Assembly (NCBI GenBank): GCA_964057225.1
Contig: OZ059894.1
Coordinates: 7,440,001-7,504,000, forward strand
Direction: 5' to 3'
Source of the DNA: Auanema rhodensis
Taxonomy: Eukaryota > Animalia > Nematoda
DNA: 64,000 nt
Position numbers and translations under genes: made by a program. The stretch's first letter is position 1. Every line of letters begins with the position of its first letter. The notes under the pieces are model-generated. The model had not been told where the DNA came from. It saw nothing but the letters and a program-made list of their open reading frames with translations, and did not search any database. Below are positions 1 through 13,700 of the stretch, in pieces.

Positions 1-83
1 GGTCTAGGCTTATGATTAGCTTGTTTGGATGCATAAGGGATAGACGGCGTTCTCTTGTGAGATGATATTCTAGGAGATAATGT

Positions 84-155
84 GGCCGAATGGTCTAGGG
101 GTATGATTCTCGCTTTGGGTGCGAGAGGTCCCGGGTTCAAATCCCGGTTCGGCCC
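84..155 (+). tRNA. tRNA-Pro, anticodon TGG (first and representative copy of ~138)
   Basis: GGCCGAATGGTCTAGGGGTATGATTCTCGCTTTGGGTGCGAGAGGTCCCGGGTTCAAATCCCGGTTCGGCCC: acceptor stem GGCCGAA/TTCGGCC, anticodon stem CTCGC/GCGAG with loop TTTGGGT, T arm CCGGG-TTCAAAT-CCCGG, A and B boxes, no encoded CCA. Confidence 0.97.
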
Positions 156-159
156 GAAC

Positions 160-177
160 TTTTGCTTTCTTTTGTTT
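160..177 (+). terminator. Pol III oligo-dT terminator region (repeated after every tRNA copy)
   Basis: TTTTGCTTTCTTTTGTTT starts 4 nt after the tRNA 3' end and contains two T4 runs. Confidence 0.7.
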
Positions 178-1601
178 CAGAAACAGTTTTGATAAAGCTT
201 TCAGTTTCGGAACTTCTCTCAAATCCTTTCATTTTATATATTCTGGTAAAAAGGTCTAGGCTTATGGTTACGTTGTTCGGATGCATCAGGAATAGACGGC
301 GGATCTCTTGTGAGATGATATACTTTGAGATAATGTGGCCGAATGGTCTAGGGGTATGATTCTCGCTTTGGGTGCGAGAGGTCCCGGGTTCAAATCCCGG
401 TTCGGCCCAAAATTTTGCTTTCTTTTGTTTCAGAAACAGTTTTGATAAAGCTTTCAGTTTCGGAACTTCTCTCAAATCCTTTCATTGGATATATTCTGGT
501 AAAAAAGTCTAGGCTTATGGTTACGTTGTTTGGATGCATCAGGAATAGACGGCGGATCTCTTGTGAGATGATATACTTTGAGATAATGTGGCCGAATGGT
601 CTAGGGGTATGATTCTCGCTTTGGGTGCGAGAGGTCCCGGGTTCAAATCCCGGTTCGGCCCAAAATTTTGCTTTCTTTTGTTTCAGAAACAGTTTTGATA
701 AAGCTTTCAGTTTCGGAACTTCTCTCAAATCCTTTCATTGGATATATTCTGGTAAAAAGGCCTAGGCTTATGGTTACGTTGTTTGGATGCATCAGGAATA
801 GACGGCGGATCTCTTGTGAGATGATATACTTTGAGATAATGTGGCCGAATGGTCTAGGGGTATGATTCTCGCTTTGGGTGCGAGAGGTCCCGGGTTCAAA
901 TCCCGGTTCGGCCCAAAATTTTGCTTTCTTTTGTTTCAGAAACAGTTTTGATAAAGCTTTCAGTTTCGGAACTTCTCTCAAATCCTTTCATTGGATATAT
1001 TCTGGTAAAAAGGTCTAGGCTTATGGTTACGTTGTTTGGATGCATCAGGAATAGACGGCGGATCTCTTGTGAGATCATATTCTAGGAGATAATGTGGCCG
1101 AATGGTCTAGGGGTATGATTCTCGCTTTGGGTGCGAGAGGTCCCGGGTTCAAATCCCGGTTCGGCCCAAAATTTTGCTTTCTTTTGTTTCAGAAACAGTT
1201 TTGATAAAGCTTTCCGTTTCGGAACTTCTCTCAAATCCTTTCATTGGATATATTCTGGTAAAAAGGTCTAGGCTTATGGTTACGTTGTTTGGATGCATCA
1301 GGAATAGACGGCGGATCTCTTGTGAGATCATATTCTAGGAGATAATGTGGCCGAATGGTCTAGGGGTATGATTCTCGCTTTGGGTGCGAGAGGTCCCGGG
1401 TTCAAATCCCGGTTCGGCCCAAACTTTTGCTTTCTTTTGTTTCAGAAACAGTTTTGATAAAGCTTTCAGTTTCGGAACTTCTCTCAAATCCTTTCTTTGG
1501 ATAATTTCCGGTAAAAAGGTCTAGGCTTATGGTTACGTTGTTTGGATGCATCAGGAATAGACGGCGGATCTCTTGTGAGATGATATTCTAGGAGATAATG
1601 T

Positions 1602-1723
1602 CGATTGGACATTGTTTCTTGGATATATTGTGATAAAAAGCTCCAAGCTTATGATTACCGTGTTTGGATGCATCAGGAATAGACGGCAGATCTCTTGTGA
1701 GATCATATTCTAACAGATAATGT
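1602..1723 (+). repeat. 122-bp tRNA-less subunit (representative copy)
   Basis: CGATTGGACATTGTTTC followed by ~105 bp homologous to the spacer upstream of each tRNA. Period 1602 to 1724. Longest run is five copies at 21909-22518. Confidence 0.93.
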
Positions 1724-4700
1724 CGATTGGACATTGTTTCTTGGATATATTGTGAAAAAAGGTCCAAGCTTATGATTACCGTGTTTGGATGCATCAGGAA
1801 TAGACGGCGGATCTCTTGTGAGATGATATTCTGGGAGATAATGTGGCCGAATGGTCTAGGGGTATGATTCTCGCTTTGGGTGCGAGAGGTCCCGGGTTCA
1901 AATCCCGGTTCGGCCCAAACTTTTGCTTTCTTTTGTTTCAGAAACAGTTTTGATAAAGCTTTCAGTTTCGCAACTTCTCTCAAATCCTTTCATTGGATAT
2001 ATTCTGGTAAAAAGGTCTAGGCTTATGGTTACGTTGTTTGGATGCATCAGGAATAGACGGCGGATCTCTTGTGAGATGATATACTTTGAGATAATGTCGA
2101 TTGGACATTGTTTCTTGGATATATTGTGATAAAAAGCTCCAAGCTTATGATTACCGTGTTTGGATGCATCAGGAATAGACGGCGGATCTCTTGTGAGATC
2201 ATATTCTAGGAGATAATGTCGATTAGACATTGTTTCTTGGATATATTGTGATAAAAAGCTCCAAGCTTATGATTACCGTGTTTGGATGCATCAGGAATAG
2301 ACGGCAGATCTCTTGTGAGATCATATTCTAGGAGATAATGTCGATTGGACATTGTTTCTTGGATATATTGTGAAAAAAGGTCCAAGCTTATGATTAGCTT
2401 GTTTGGATGCATAAGGGATAGACGGCGTTCTCTTGTGAGATGATATTCTAGGAGATAATGTGGCCGAATGGTCTAGGGGTATGATTCTCGCTTTGGGTGC
2501 GAGAGGTCCCGGGTTCAAATCCCGGTTCGGCCCAAACTTTTGCTTTCTTTTGTTTCAGAAACAGTTTTGATAAAGCTTTCAGTTTCGGAACTTCTCTCAA
2601 ATCCTTTCTTTGGATAATTTCCGGTAAAAAGGTCTAGTCTTATGGTTACGTTGTTTGGATGCATCAGGAATAGACGGCGGATCTCTTGTGAGATGATATA
2701 CTTTCAGATAATGTCGATTGGACATTGTTTCTTGGATATATTGTGAAAAAAGGTCCAAGCTTATGATTAGCTTGTTTGGATGCATAAGGGATAGACGGCG
2801 TTCTCTTGTGAGATGATATTCTAGGAGATAATGTGGCCGAATGGTCTAGGGGTATGATTCTCGCTTTGGGTGCGAGAGGTCCCGGGTTCAAATCCCGGTT
2901 CGGCCCAAACTTTTGCTTTCTTTTGTTTCAGAAACAGTTTTGATGAAGCTTTCACATTCGGAACTTCTCTCAAATCCTTTCTTTGGATAATTTCCGGTAA
3001 AAAGGTCTAGGCTTATGGTTACGTTGTTTGGATGCATCAGGAATAGACGGCGGATCTCTTGTGAGATCATATTCTAGGAGATAATGCGGCCGAATGGTCT
3101 AGGGGTATGATTCTCGCTTTGGGTGCGAGAGGTCCCGGGTTCAAATCCCGGTTCGGCCCAAAATTTTGCTTTCTTTTGTTTCAGAAACAGTTTTGATAAA
3201 GCTTTCCGTTTCGGAACTTCTCTCAAATCCTTTCATTGGATATATTCTGGTAAAAAGGTCTAGGCTTATGGTTACTTTGTTTGGATGCATCAGGAATAGA
3301 CGGCGGATCTCTTGTGAGATCATATTCTAGGAGATAATGTGGCCGAATGGTCTAGGGGTATGATTCTCGCTTTGGGTGCGAGAGGTCCCGGGTTCAAATC
3401 CCGGTTCGGCCCAAACTTTTGCTTTCTTTTGTTTCAGAAACAGTTTTGATAAAGCTTTCAGTTTCGGAACTTCTCTCAAATCCTTTCTTTGGATAATTTC
3501 CGGTAAAAAGGTCTAGGCTTATGGTTACGTTGTTTGGATGCATCAGGAATAGACGGCGGATCTCTTGTGAGATGATATTCTAGGAGATAATGTCGATTGG
3601 ACATTGTTTCTTGGATATATTATGATAAAAAGCTCCAAGCTTATGATTACCGTGTTTGGATGCATCAGGAATAGACGGCAGATCTCTTGTGAGATCATAT
3701 TCTAACAGATAATGTCGATTGGACATTGTTTCTTGGATATATTGTGAAAAAAGGTCCAAGCTTATGATTACCGTGTTTGGATGCATCAGGAATAGACGGC
3801 GGATCTCTTGTGAGATGATATTCTGGGAGATAATGTGGCCGAATGGTCTAGGGGTATGATTCTCGCTTTGGGTGCGAGAGGTCCCGGGTTCAAATCCCGG
3901 TTCGGCCCAAACTTTTGCTTTCTTTTGTTTCAGAAACAGTTTTGATAAAGCTTTCAGTTTCGGAACTTCTCTCAAATCCTTTCATTGGATATATTCTGGT
4001 AAAAAGGTCTAGGCTTATGGTTACGTTGTTTGGATGCATCAGGAATAGACGGCGGATCTCTTGTGAGATGATATACTTTGAGATAATGTCGATTGGACAT
4101 TGTTTCTTGGATATATTGTGATAAAAAGCTCCAAGCTTATGATTACCGTGTTTGGATGCATCAGGAATAGACGGCGGATCTCTTGTGAGATCATATTCTA
4201 GGAGATAATGTCGATTAGACATTGTTTCTTGGATATATTGTGATAAAAAGCTCCAAGCTTATGATTACCGTGTTTGGATGCATCAGGAATAGACGGCAGA
4301 TCTCTTGTGAGATCATATTCTAGGAGATAATGTCGATTGGACATTGTTTCTTGGATATATTGTGAAAAAAGGTCCAAGCTTATGATTAGCTTGTTTGGAT
4401 GCATAAGGGATAGACGGCGTTCTCTTGTGAGATGATATTCTAGGAGATAATGTGGCCGAATGGTCTAGGGGTATGATTCTCGCTTTGGGTGCGAGAGGTC
4501 CCGGGTTCAAATCCCGGTTCGGCCCAAAATTTTGCTTTCTTTTGTTTCAGAAACAGTTTTGATAAAGCTTTCCGTTTCGGAACTTCTCTCAAATCCTTTC
4601 ATTGGATATATTCTGGTAAAAAGGTCTAGGCTTATGGTTACTTTGTTTGGATGCATCAGGAATAGACGGCGGATCTCTTGTGAGATCATATTCTAAGAGA

Positions 4701-7700
4701 TAATGTGGCCGAATGGTCTAGGGGTATGATTCTCGCTTTGGGTGCGAGAGGTCCCGGGTTCAAATCCCGGTTCGGCCCAAACTTTTGCTTTCTTTTGTTT
4801 CAGAAACAGTTTTGATAAAGCTTTCAGTTTCGGAACTTCTCTCAAATCCTTTCTTTGGATAATTTCCGGTAAAAAGGTCTAGGCTTATGGTTACGTTGTT
4901 TGGATGCATCAGGAATAGACGGCGGATCTCTTGTGAGATGATATTCTAGGAGATAATGTCGATTGGACATTGTTTCTTGCATATATTGTGATAAAAAGCT
5001 CCAAGCTTATGATTACCGTGTTTGGATGCATCAGGAATAGACGGCAGATCTCTTGTGAGATCATATTCTAACAGATAATGTCGATTGGACATTGTTTCTT
5101 GGATATATTGTGAAAAAAGGTCCAAGCTTATGATTACCGTGTTTGGATGCATCAGGAATAGACGGCGGATCTCTTGTGAGATGATATTCTGGGAGATAAT
5201 GTGGCCGAATGGTCTAGGGGTATGATTCTCGCTTTGGGTGCGAGAGGTCCCGGGTTCAAATCCCGGTTCGGCCCAAACTTTTGCTTTCTTTTGTTTCAGA
5301 AACAGTTTTGATAAAGCTTTCAGTTTCGGAACTTCTCTCAAATCCTTTCATTGGATATATTCTGGTAAAAAGGTCTAGGCTTATGGTTACGTTGTTTGGA
5401 TGCATCAGGAATAGACGGCGGATCTCTTGTGAGATGATATACTTTGAGATAATGTCGATTGGACATTGTTTCTTGGATATATTGTGATAAAAAGCTCCAA
5501 GCTTATGATTACCGTGTTTGGATGCATCAGGAATAGACGGCGGATCTCTTGTGAGATCATATTCTAGGAGATAATGTCGATTAGACATTGTTTCTTGGAT
5601 ATATTGTGATAAAAAGCTCCAAGTTTGTGATTACCGTGTTTGGATGCATCAGGAATAGACGGCAGATCTCTTGTGAGATCATATTCTAGGAGATAATGTC
5701 GATTGGACATTGTTTCTTGGATATATTGTGAAAAAAGGTCCAAGCTTATGATTAGCTTGTTTGGATGCATAAGGGATAGACGGCGTTCTCTTGTGAGATG
5801 ATATTCTAGGAGATAATGTGGCCGAATGGTCTAGGGGTATGATTCTCGCTTTGGGTGCGAGAGGTCCCGGGTTCAAATCCCGGTTCGGCCCAAACTTTTG
5901 CTTTCTTTTGTTTCAGAAACAGTTTTGATAAAGCTTTCAGTTTCGGAACTTCTCTCAAATCCTTTCTTTGGATAATTTCCGGTAAAAAGGTCTAGTCTTA
6001 TGGTTACGTTGTTTGGATGCATCAGGAATAGACGGCGGATCTCTTGTGAGATGATATACTTTGAGATAATGTCGATTGGACATTGTTTCTTGGATATATT
6101 GTGATAAAAAGGTCCAAGCTTATGATTACCGTGTTTGGATGCATAAGGGATAGACGGCGGATCTCTTGTGAGATGATATTCTAGGAGATAATGTGGCCGA
6201 ATGGTCTAGGGGTATGATTCTCGCTTTGGGTGCGAGAGGTCCCGGGTTCAAATCCCGGTTCGGCCCAGAATTTTGCTTTCTTTTGTTTCAGAAACAGTTT
6301 TGATAAAGCTTTCAGTTTCGGAACTTCTCTCAAATCCTTTCATTGGATATATTCTGGTAAAAAGGTCTAGGCTTATGGTTACGTTGTTTGGATGCATCAG
6401 GAATAGACGGCGGATCTCTTGTGAGATGATATACTTTGAGATAATGTCGATTGGACATTGTTTCTTGGATATATTGTGATAAAAAGCTCCAAGCTTATGA
6501 TTACCGTGTTTGGATGCATCAGGAATAGACGGCAGATCTCTTGTGAGATCATATTCTAGGAGATAATGTCGATTGGACATTGTTTCTTGGATATATTGTG
6601 ATAAAAAGGTCCAAGCTTATGATTACGTTGTTCGGATGCATCAGGAATAGACGGCGGATCTCTTGTGAGATGATATTCTGGGAGATAATGTGGCCGAATG
6701 GTCTAGGGGTATGATTCTCGCTTTGGGTGCGAGAGGTCCCGGGTTCAAATCCCGGTTCGGCCCAAAATTTTGCTTTCTTTTGTTTCAGAAACAGTTTTGA
6801 TAAAGCTTTCAGTTTCGGAACTTCTCTCAAATCCTTTCATTGGATATATTCTGGTAGAAAAGTCTAGGCTTATGCTTACGTTGTTTGGATGCATAAGGGA
6901 TAGACGGCGGATCTCTTGTGAGATGATATTCTAGGAGATAATGTGGCCGAATGGTCTAGGGGTATGATTCTCGCTTTGGGTGCGAGAGGTCCCGGGTTCA
7001 AATCCCGGTTCGGCCCAAAATTTTGCTTTCTTTTGTTTCAGAAAAAGTTTTGATAAAGCTTTCAGTTTCGGAACTTCTCTCAAATCCTTTCTTTGGATAA
7101 TTTCCGGTAAAAAGGTATAGGCTTATGGTTACGTTGTTTGGATGCATAAGGGATAGACGGCGGATCTCTTGTGAGATGATATTCTAGGAGATAATGTGGC
7201 CGAATGGTCTAGGGGTATGATTCTCGCTTTGGGTGCGAGAGGTCCCGGGTTCAAATCCCGGTTCGGCCCAAAATTTTGCTTTCTTTTGTTTCAGAAACAG
7301 TTTTGATAAAGCTTTCAGTTTCGGAACATCTCTCAAATCCTTTCTTTGGATAATTTCCGGTAAAAAGGTCTAGGCTTATGGTTACGTTGTTTGGATGCAT
7401 CAGGAATAGACGGCGGATCTCTTGTGAGATGATATTCTAGGAGATAATGTCGATTGGACATTGTTTCTTGGATATATTGTTATAAAAAGCTCCAAGCTTA
7501 TGATTACCGTGTTTGGATGCATCAGGAATAGACGGCAGATCTCTTGTGAGATCATATTCTTGGAGATAATGTCGATTGGACATTGTTTCTTGGATATATT
7601 GTGATAAAAAGGTCCAAGCTTATGATTACGTTGTTCGGATGCATCAGGAATAGACGGCGGATCTCTTGTGAGATGATATTCTGGGAGATAATGTGGCCGA

Positions 7701-10700
7701 ATGGTCTAGGGGTATGATTCTCGCTTTGGGTGCGAGAGGTCCCGGGTTCAAATCCCGGTTCGGCCCAAAATTTTGCTTTCTTTTGTTTCAGAAACAGTTT
7801 TGATAAAGCTTTCAGTTTCGGAACTTCTCTCAAATCCTTTCATTGGATATATTCTGGTAAAAAGGTCTAGGCTTATGGTTACGTTGTTTGGATGCATCAG
7901 GAATAGACGGCGGATCTCTTGTGAGATCATATTCTAGGAGATAATGTGGCCGAATGGTCTAGGGGTATGATTCTCGCTTTGGGTGCGAGAGGTCCCGGGT
8001 TCAAATCCCGGTTCGGCCCAAACTTTTGCTTTCTTTTGTTTCAGAAACAGTTTTGATAAAGCTTTCAGTTTCGGAACATCTCTCAAATCCTTTCTTTGGA
8101 TAATTTCCGGTAAAAAGGTGTAGGCTTATGGTTACGTTGTTTGGATGCATCAGGAATAGACGGCGGATCTCTTGTGAGATGATATTCTAGGAGATAATGT
8201 CGATTGGACATTGTTTCTTGGATATATTGTGATAAAAAGCTCCAAGCTTATGATTACCGTGTTTGGATGCATCAGGAATAGACGGCAGATCTCTTGTGAG
8301 ATCATATTCTTGGAGATAATGTCGATTGGACATTGTTTCTTGGATATATTGTGATAAAAAGGTCCAAGCTTATTATTACGTTGTTCGGATGCATCAGGAA
8401 TAGACGGCGGATCTCTTGTGAGATGATATTCTGGGAGATAATGTGGCCGAATGGTCTAGGGGTATGATTCTCGCTTTGGGTGCGAGAGGTCCCGGGTTCA
8501 AATCCCGGTTCGGCCCAAAATTTTGCTTTCTTTTGTTTCAGAAACAGTTTTGATAAGGCTTTCAGTTTCGGAACTTCTCTCAAATCCTTTCTTTGGATAT
8601 ATTCTGGTAAAAAGGTCTAGGCTTATGGTTACGTTGTTTGGATGCATCAGGAATAGACGGCGTTCTCTTGTGAGATGTTATTCTGGGAGATAATGTGGCC
8701 GAATGGTCTAGGGGTATGATTCTCGCTTTGGGTGCGAGAGGTCCCGGGTTCAAATCCCGGTTCGGCCCAAAATTTTGCTTTCTTTTGTTTCAGAAACAGT
8801 TTTGATAAAGCTTTCAGTTTCGGAACTTCTCTCAAATCCTTTCATTGGATATATTCTGGTAAAAAGGTCTAGGCTTATGGTTACGTTGTTTGGATGCATC
8901 AGGAATAGACGGCGGATCTCTTGTGAGATCATATTCTAGGAGATAATGTGGCCGAATGGTCTAGGGGTATGATTCTCGCTTTGGGTGCGAGAGGTCCCGG
9001 GTTCAAATCCCGGTTCGGCCCAAAATTTTGCTTTCTTTTGTTTCAGAAACAGTTTTGATAAAGCTTTCAGTTTCGGAACTTCTCTCAAATCCTTTCATTG
9101 GATATATTCTGGTAAAAAGGTCTAGGCTTATGGTTACGTTGTTTGGATGCATCAGGAATAGACGGCGGATCTCTTGTGAGATCATATTCTTGGAGATAAT
9201 GTCGATTGGACATTGTTTCTTTGGATATATTCTGGTAAAAAGGTCTAGGCTTATGGTTACCGTGTTTGGATGCATCAGGAATAGACGGCAGATCTCTTGT
9301 GAGATCATATTCTTGGAGATAATGTCGATTGGACATTGTTTCTTGGATATATTGTGATAAAAAGGTCCAAGCTTATGATTACGTTGTTCGGATGCATCAG
9401 GAATAGACGGCGGATCTCTTGTGAGATGATATTCTGGGAGATAATGTGGCCGAATGGTCTAGGGGTATGATTCTCGCTTTGGGTGCGAGAGGTCCCGGGT
9501 TCAAATCCCGGTTCGGCCCAAAATTTTGCTTTCTTTTGTTTCAGAAACAGTTTTGATAAAGCTTTCAGTTTCGGAACTTCTCTCAAATCCTTTCATTGGA
9601 TATATTCTGGTAAAAAGGTCTAGGCTTATGGTTACGTTGTTTGGATGCATCAGGAATAGACGGCGGATCTCTTGTGAGATCATATTCTAGGAGATAATGT
9701 GGCCGAATGGTCTAGGGGTATGATTCTCGCTTTGGGTGCGAGAGGTCCCGGGTTCAAATCCCGGTTCGGCCCAAACTTTTGCTTTCTTTTGTTTCAGAAA
9801 CAGTTTTGATAAAGCTTTCAGTTTCGGAACATCTCTCAAATCCTTTCTTTGGATAATTTCCGGTAAAAAGGTCTAGGCTTATGGTTACGTTGTTTGGATG
9901 CATCAGGAATAGACGGCGGATCTCTTGTGAGATGATATTCTAGGAGATAATGTCGATTGGACATTGTTTCTTGGATATATTGTGATAAAAAGCTCCAAGC
10001 TTATGATTACCGTGTTTGGATGCATCAGGAATAGACGGCAGATCTCTTGTGAGATCATATTCTTGGAGATAATGTCGATTGGACATTGTTTCTTGGATAT
10101 ATTGTGATAAAAAGGTCCAAGCTTATTATTACGTTGTTCGGATGCATCAGGAATAGACGGCGGATCTCTTGTGAGATGATATTCTGGGAGATAATGTGGC
10201 CGAATGGTCTAGGGGTATGATTCTCGCTTTGGGTGCGAGAGGTCCCGGGTTCAAATCCCGGTTCGGCCCAAAATTTTGCTTTCTTTTGTTTCAGAAACAG
10301 TTTTGATAAGGCTTTCAGTTTCGGAACTTCTCTCAAATCCTTTCTTTGGATATATTCTGGTAAAAAGGTCTAGGCTTATGGTTACGTTGTTTGGATGCAT
10401 CAGGAATAGACGGCGTTCTCTTGTGAGATGTTATTCTGGGAGATAATGTGGCCGAATGGTCTAGGGGTATGATTCTCGCTTTGGGTGCGAGAGGTCCCGG
10501 GTTCAAATCCCGGTTCGGCCCAAAATTTTGCTTTCTTTTGTTTCAGAAACAGTTTTGATAAAGCTTTCAGTTTCGGAACTTCTCTCAAATCCTTTCATTG
10601 GATATATTCTGGTAAAAAGGTCTAGGCTTATGGTTACGTTGTTTGGATGCATCAGGAATAGACGGCGGATCTCTTGTGAGATCATATTCTAGGAGATAAT

Positions 10701-13700
10701 GTGGCCGAATGGTCTAGGGGTATGATTCTCGCTTTGGGTGCGAGAGGTCCCGGGTTCAAATCCCGGTTCGGCCCAAAATTTTGCTTTCTTTTGTTTCAGA
10801 AACAGTTTTGATAAAGCTTTCAGTTTCGGAACTTCTCTCAAATCCTTTCATTGGATATATTCTGGTAAAAAGGTCTAGGCTTATGGTTACGTTGTTTGGA
10901 TGCATCAGGAATAGACGGCGGATCTCTTGTGAGATCATATTCTTGGAGATAATGTCGATTGGACATTGTTTCTTTGGATATATTCTGGTAAAAAGGTCTA
11001 GGCTTATGGTTACGTTGTTTGGATGCATCCTTTCTTTGGATAATTTCTGGTAAAAAGGTCTAGGCTTATGGTTACGTTGTTTGGATGCATCAGGAATAGA
11101 CGGCGGATCTCTTGTGAGATCATATTCTAGGAGATAATGTGGCCGAATGGTCTAGGGGTATGATTCTCGCTTTGGGTGCGAGAGGTCCCGGGTTCAAATC
11201 CCGGTTCGGCCCAAAATTTTGCTTTCTTTTGTTTCAGAAACAGTTTTGATAAAGCTTTCAGTTTCGGAACATCTCTCAAATCCTTTCTTTGGATAATTTC
11301 CGGTAAAAAGGTCTAGGCTTATGGTTACGTTGTTTGGATGCATCAGGAATAGACGGCGGATCTCTTGTGAGATGATATTCTAGGAGATAATGTCGATTGG
11401 ACATTGTTTCTTGGATATATTGTGATAAAAAGCTCCAAGCTTATGATTACCGTGTTTGGATGCATCAGGAATAGACGGCAGATCTCTTGTGAGATCATAT
11501 TCTTGGAGATAATGTCGATTGGACATTGTTTCTTGGATATATTGTGATAAAAAGGTCCAAGCTTATGATTACGTTGTTCGGATGCATCAGGAATAGACGG
11601 CGGATCTCTTGTGAGATGATATTCTGGGAGATAATGTGGCCGAATGGTCTAGGGGTATGATTCTCGCTTTGGGTGCGAGAGGTCCCGGGTTCAAATCCCG
11701 GTTCGGCCCAAAATTTTGCTTTCTTTTGTTTCAGAAACAGTTTTGATAAAGCTTTCAGTTTCGGAACTTCTCTCAAATCCTTTCATTGGATATATTCTGG
11801 TAAAAAGGTCTAGGCTTATGGTTACGTTGTTTGGATGCATCAGGAATAGACGGCGGATCTCTTGTGAGATCATATTCTAGGAGATAATGTGGCCGAATGG
11901 TCTAGGGGTATGATTCTCGCTTTGGGTGCGAGAGGTCCCGGGTTCAAATCCCGGTTCGGCCCAAACTTTTGCTTTCTTTTGTTTCAGAAACAGTTTTGAT
12001 AAAGCTTTCAGTTTCGGAACATCTCTCAAATCCTTTCTTTGGATAATTTCCGGTAAAAAGGTCTAGGCTTATGGTTACGTTGTTTGGATGCATCAGGAAT
12101 AGACGGCGGATCTCTTGTGAGATGATATTCTAGGAGATAATGTCGATTGGACATTGTTTCTTGGATATATTGTGATAAAAAGCTCCAAGCTTATGATTAC
12201 CGTGTTTGGATGCATCAGGAATAGACGGCAGATCTCTTGTGAGATCATATTCTTGGAGATAATGTCGATTGGACATTGTTTCTTGGATATATTGTGATAA
12301 AAAGGTCCAAGCTTATTATTACGTTGTTCGGATGCATCAGGAATAGACGGCGTTCTCTTGTGAGATGTTATTCTGGGAGATAATGTGGCCGAATGGTCTA
12401 GGGGTATGATTCTCGCTTTGGGTGCGAGAGGTCCCGGGTTCAAATCCCGGTTCGGCCCAAAATTTTGCTTTCTTTTGTTTCAGAAACAGTTTTGATAAAG
12501 CTTTCAGTTTCGGAACTTCTCTCAAATCCTTTCATTGGATATATTCTGGTAAAAAGGTCTAGGCTTATGGTTACGTTGTTTGGATGCATCAGGAATAGAC
12601 GGCGGATCTCTTGTGAGATCATATTCTAGGAGATAATGTGGCCGAATGGTCTAGGGGTATGATTCTCGCTTTGGGTGCGAGAGGTCCCGGGTTCAAATCC
12701 CGGTTCGGCCCAAAATTTTGCTTTCTTTTGTTTCAGAAACAGTTTTGATAAAGCTTTCAGTTTCGGAACTTCTCTCAAATCCTTTCATTGGATATATTCT
12801 GGTAAAAAGGTCTAGGCTTATGGTTACGTTGTTTGGATGCATCAGGAATAGACGGCGGATCTCTTGTGAGATCATATTCTTGGAGATAATGTCGATTGGA
12901 CATTGTTTCTTTGGATATATTCTGGTAAAAAGGTCTAGGCTTATGGTTACCGTGTTTGGATGCATCAGGAATAGACGGCAGATCTCTTGTGAGATCATAT
13001 TCTTGGAGATAATGTCGATTGGACATTGTTTCTTGGATATATTGTGATAAAAAGGTCCAAGCTTATGATTACGTTGTTCGGATGCATCAGGAATAGACGG
13101 CGGATCTCTTGTGAGATGATATTCTGGGAGATAATGTGGCCGAATGGTCTAGGGGTATGATTCTCGCTTTGGGTGCGAGAGGTCCCGGGTTCAAATCCCG
13201 GTTCGGCCCAAAATTTTGCTTTCTTTTGTTTCAGAAACAGTTTTGATAAAGCTTTCAGTTTCGGAACTTCTCTCAAATCCTTTCATTGGATATATTCTGG
13301 TAAAAAGGTCTAGGCTTATGGTTACGTTGTTTGGATGCATCAGGAATAGACGGCGGATCTCTTGTGAGATCATATTCTAGGAGATAATGTGGCCGAATGG
13401 TCTAGGGGTATGATTCTCGCTTTGGGTGCGAGAGGTCCCGGGTTCAAATCCCGGTTCGGCCCAAACTTTTGCTTTCTTTTGTTTCAGAAACAGTTTTGAT
13501 AAAGCTTTCAGTTTCGGAACATCTCTCAAATCCTTTCTTTGGATAATTTCCGGTAAAAAGGTCTAGGCTTATGGTTACGTTGTTTGGATGCATCAGGAAT
13601 AGACGGCGGATCTCTTGTGAGATGATATTCTAGGAGATAATGTCGATTGGACATTGTTTCTTGGATATATTGTGATAAAAAGCTCCAAGCTTATGATTAC

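Noticed and set aside
172-210. GTTTC cores resembling the nematode 21U-RNA upstream motif
   Set aside because: Short match, not the full CTGTTTCA context, and unsupported without small-RNA data.
84-336. tRNA-derived SINE
   Set aside because: The tRNA is perfect and followed at once by a T-run terminator; there is no tail or per-unit TSD, and amplification is tandem.
1602-1723. Link to the ~121-bp germline-eliminated satellite of Ascaris
   Set aside because: Only the length is similar; I have no sequence evidence of homology.
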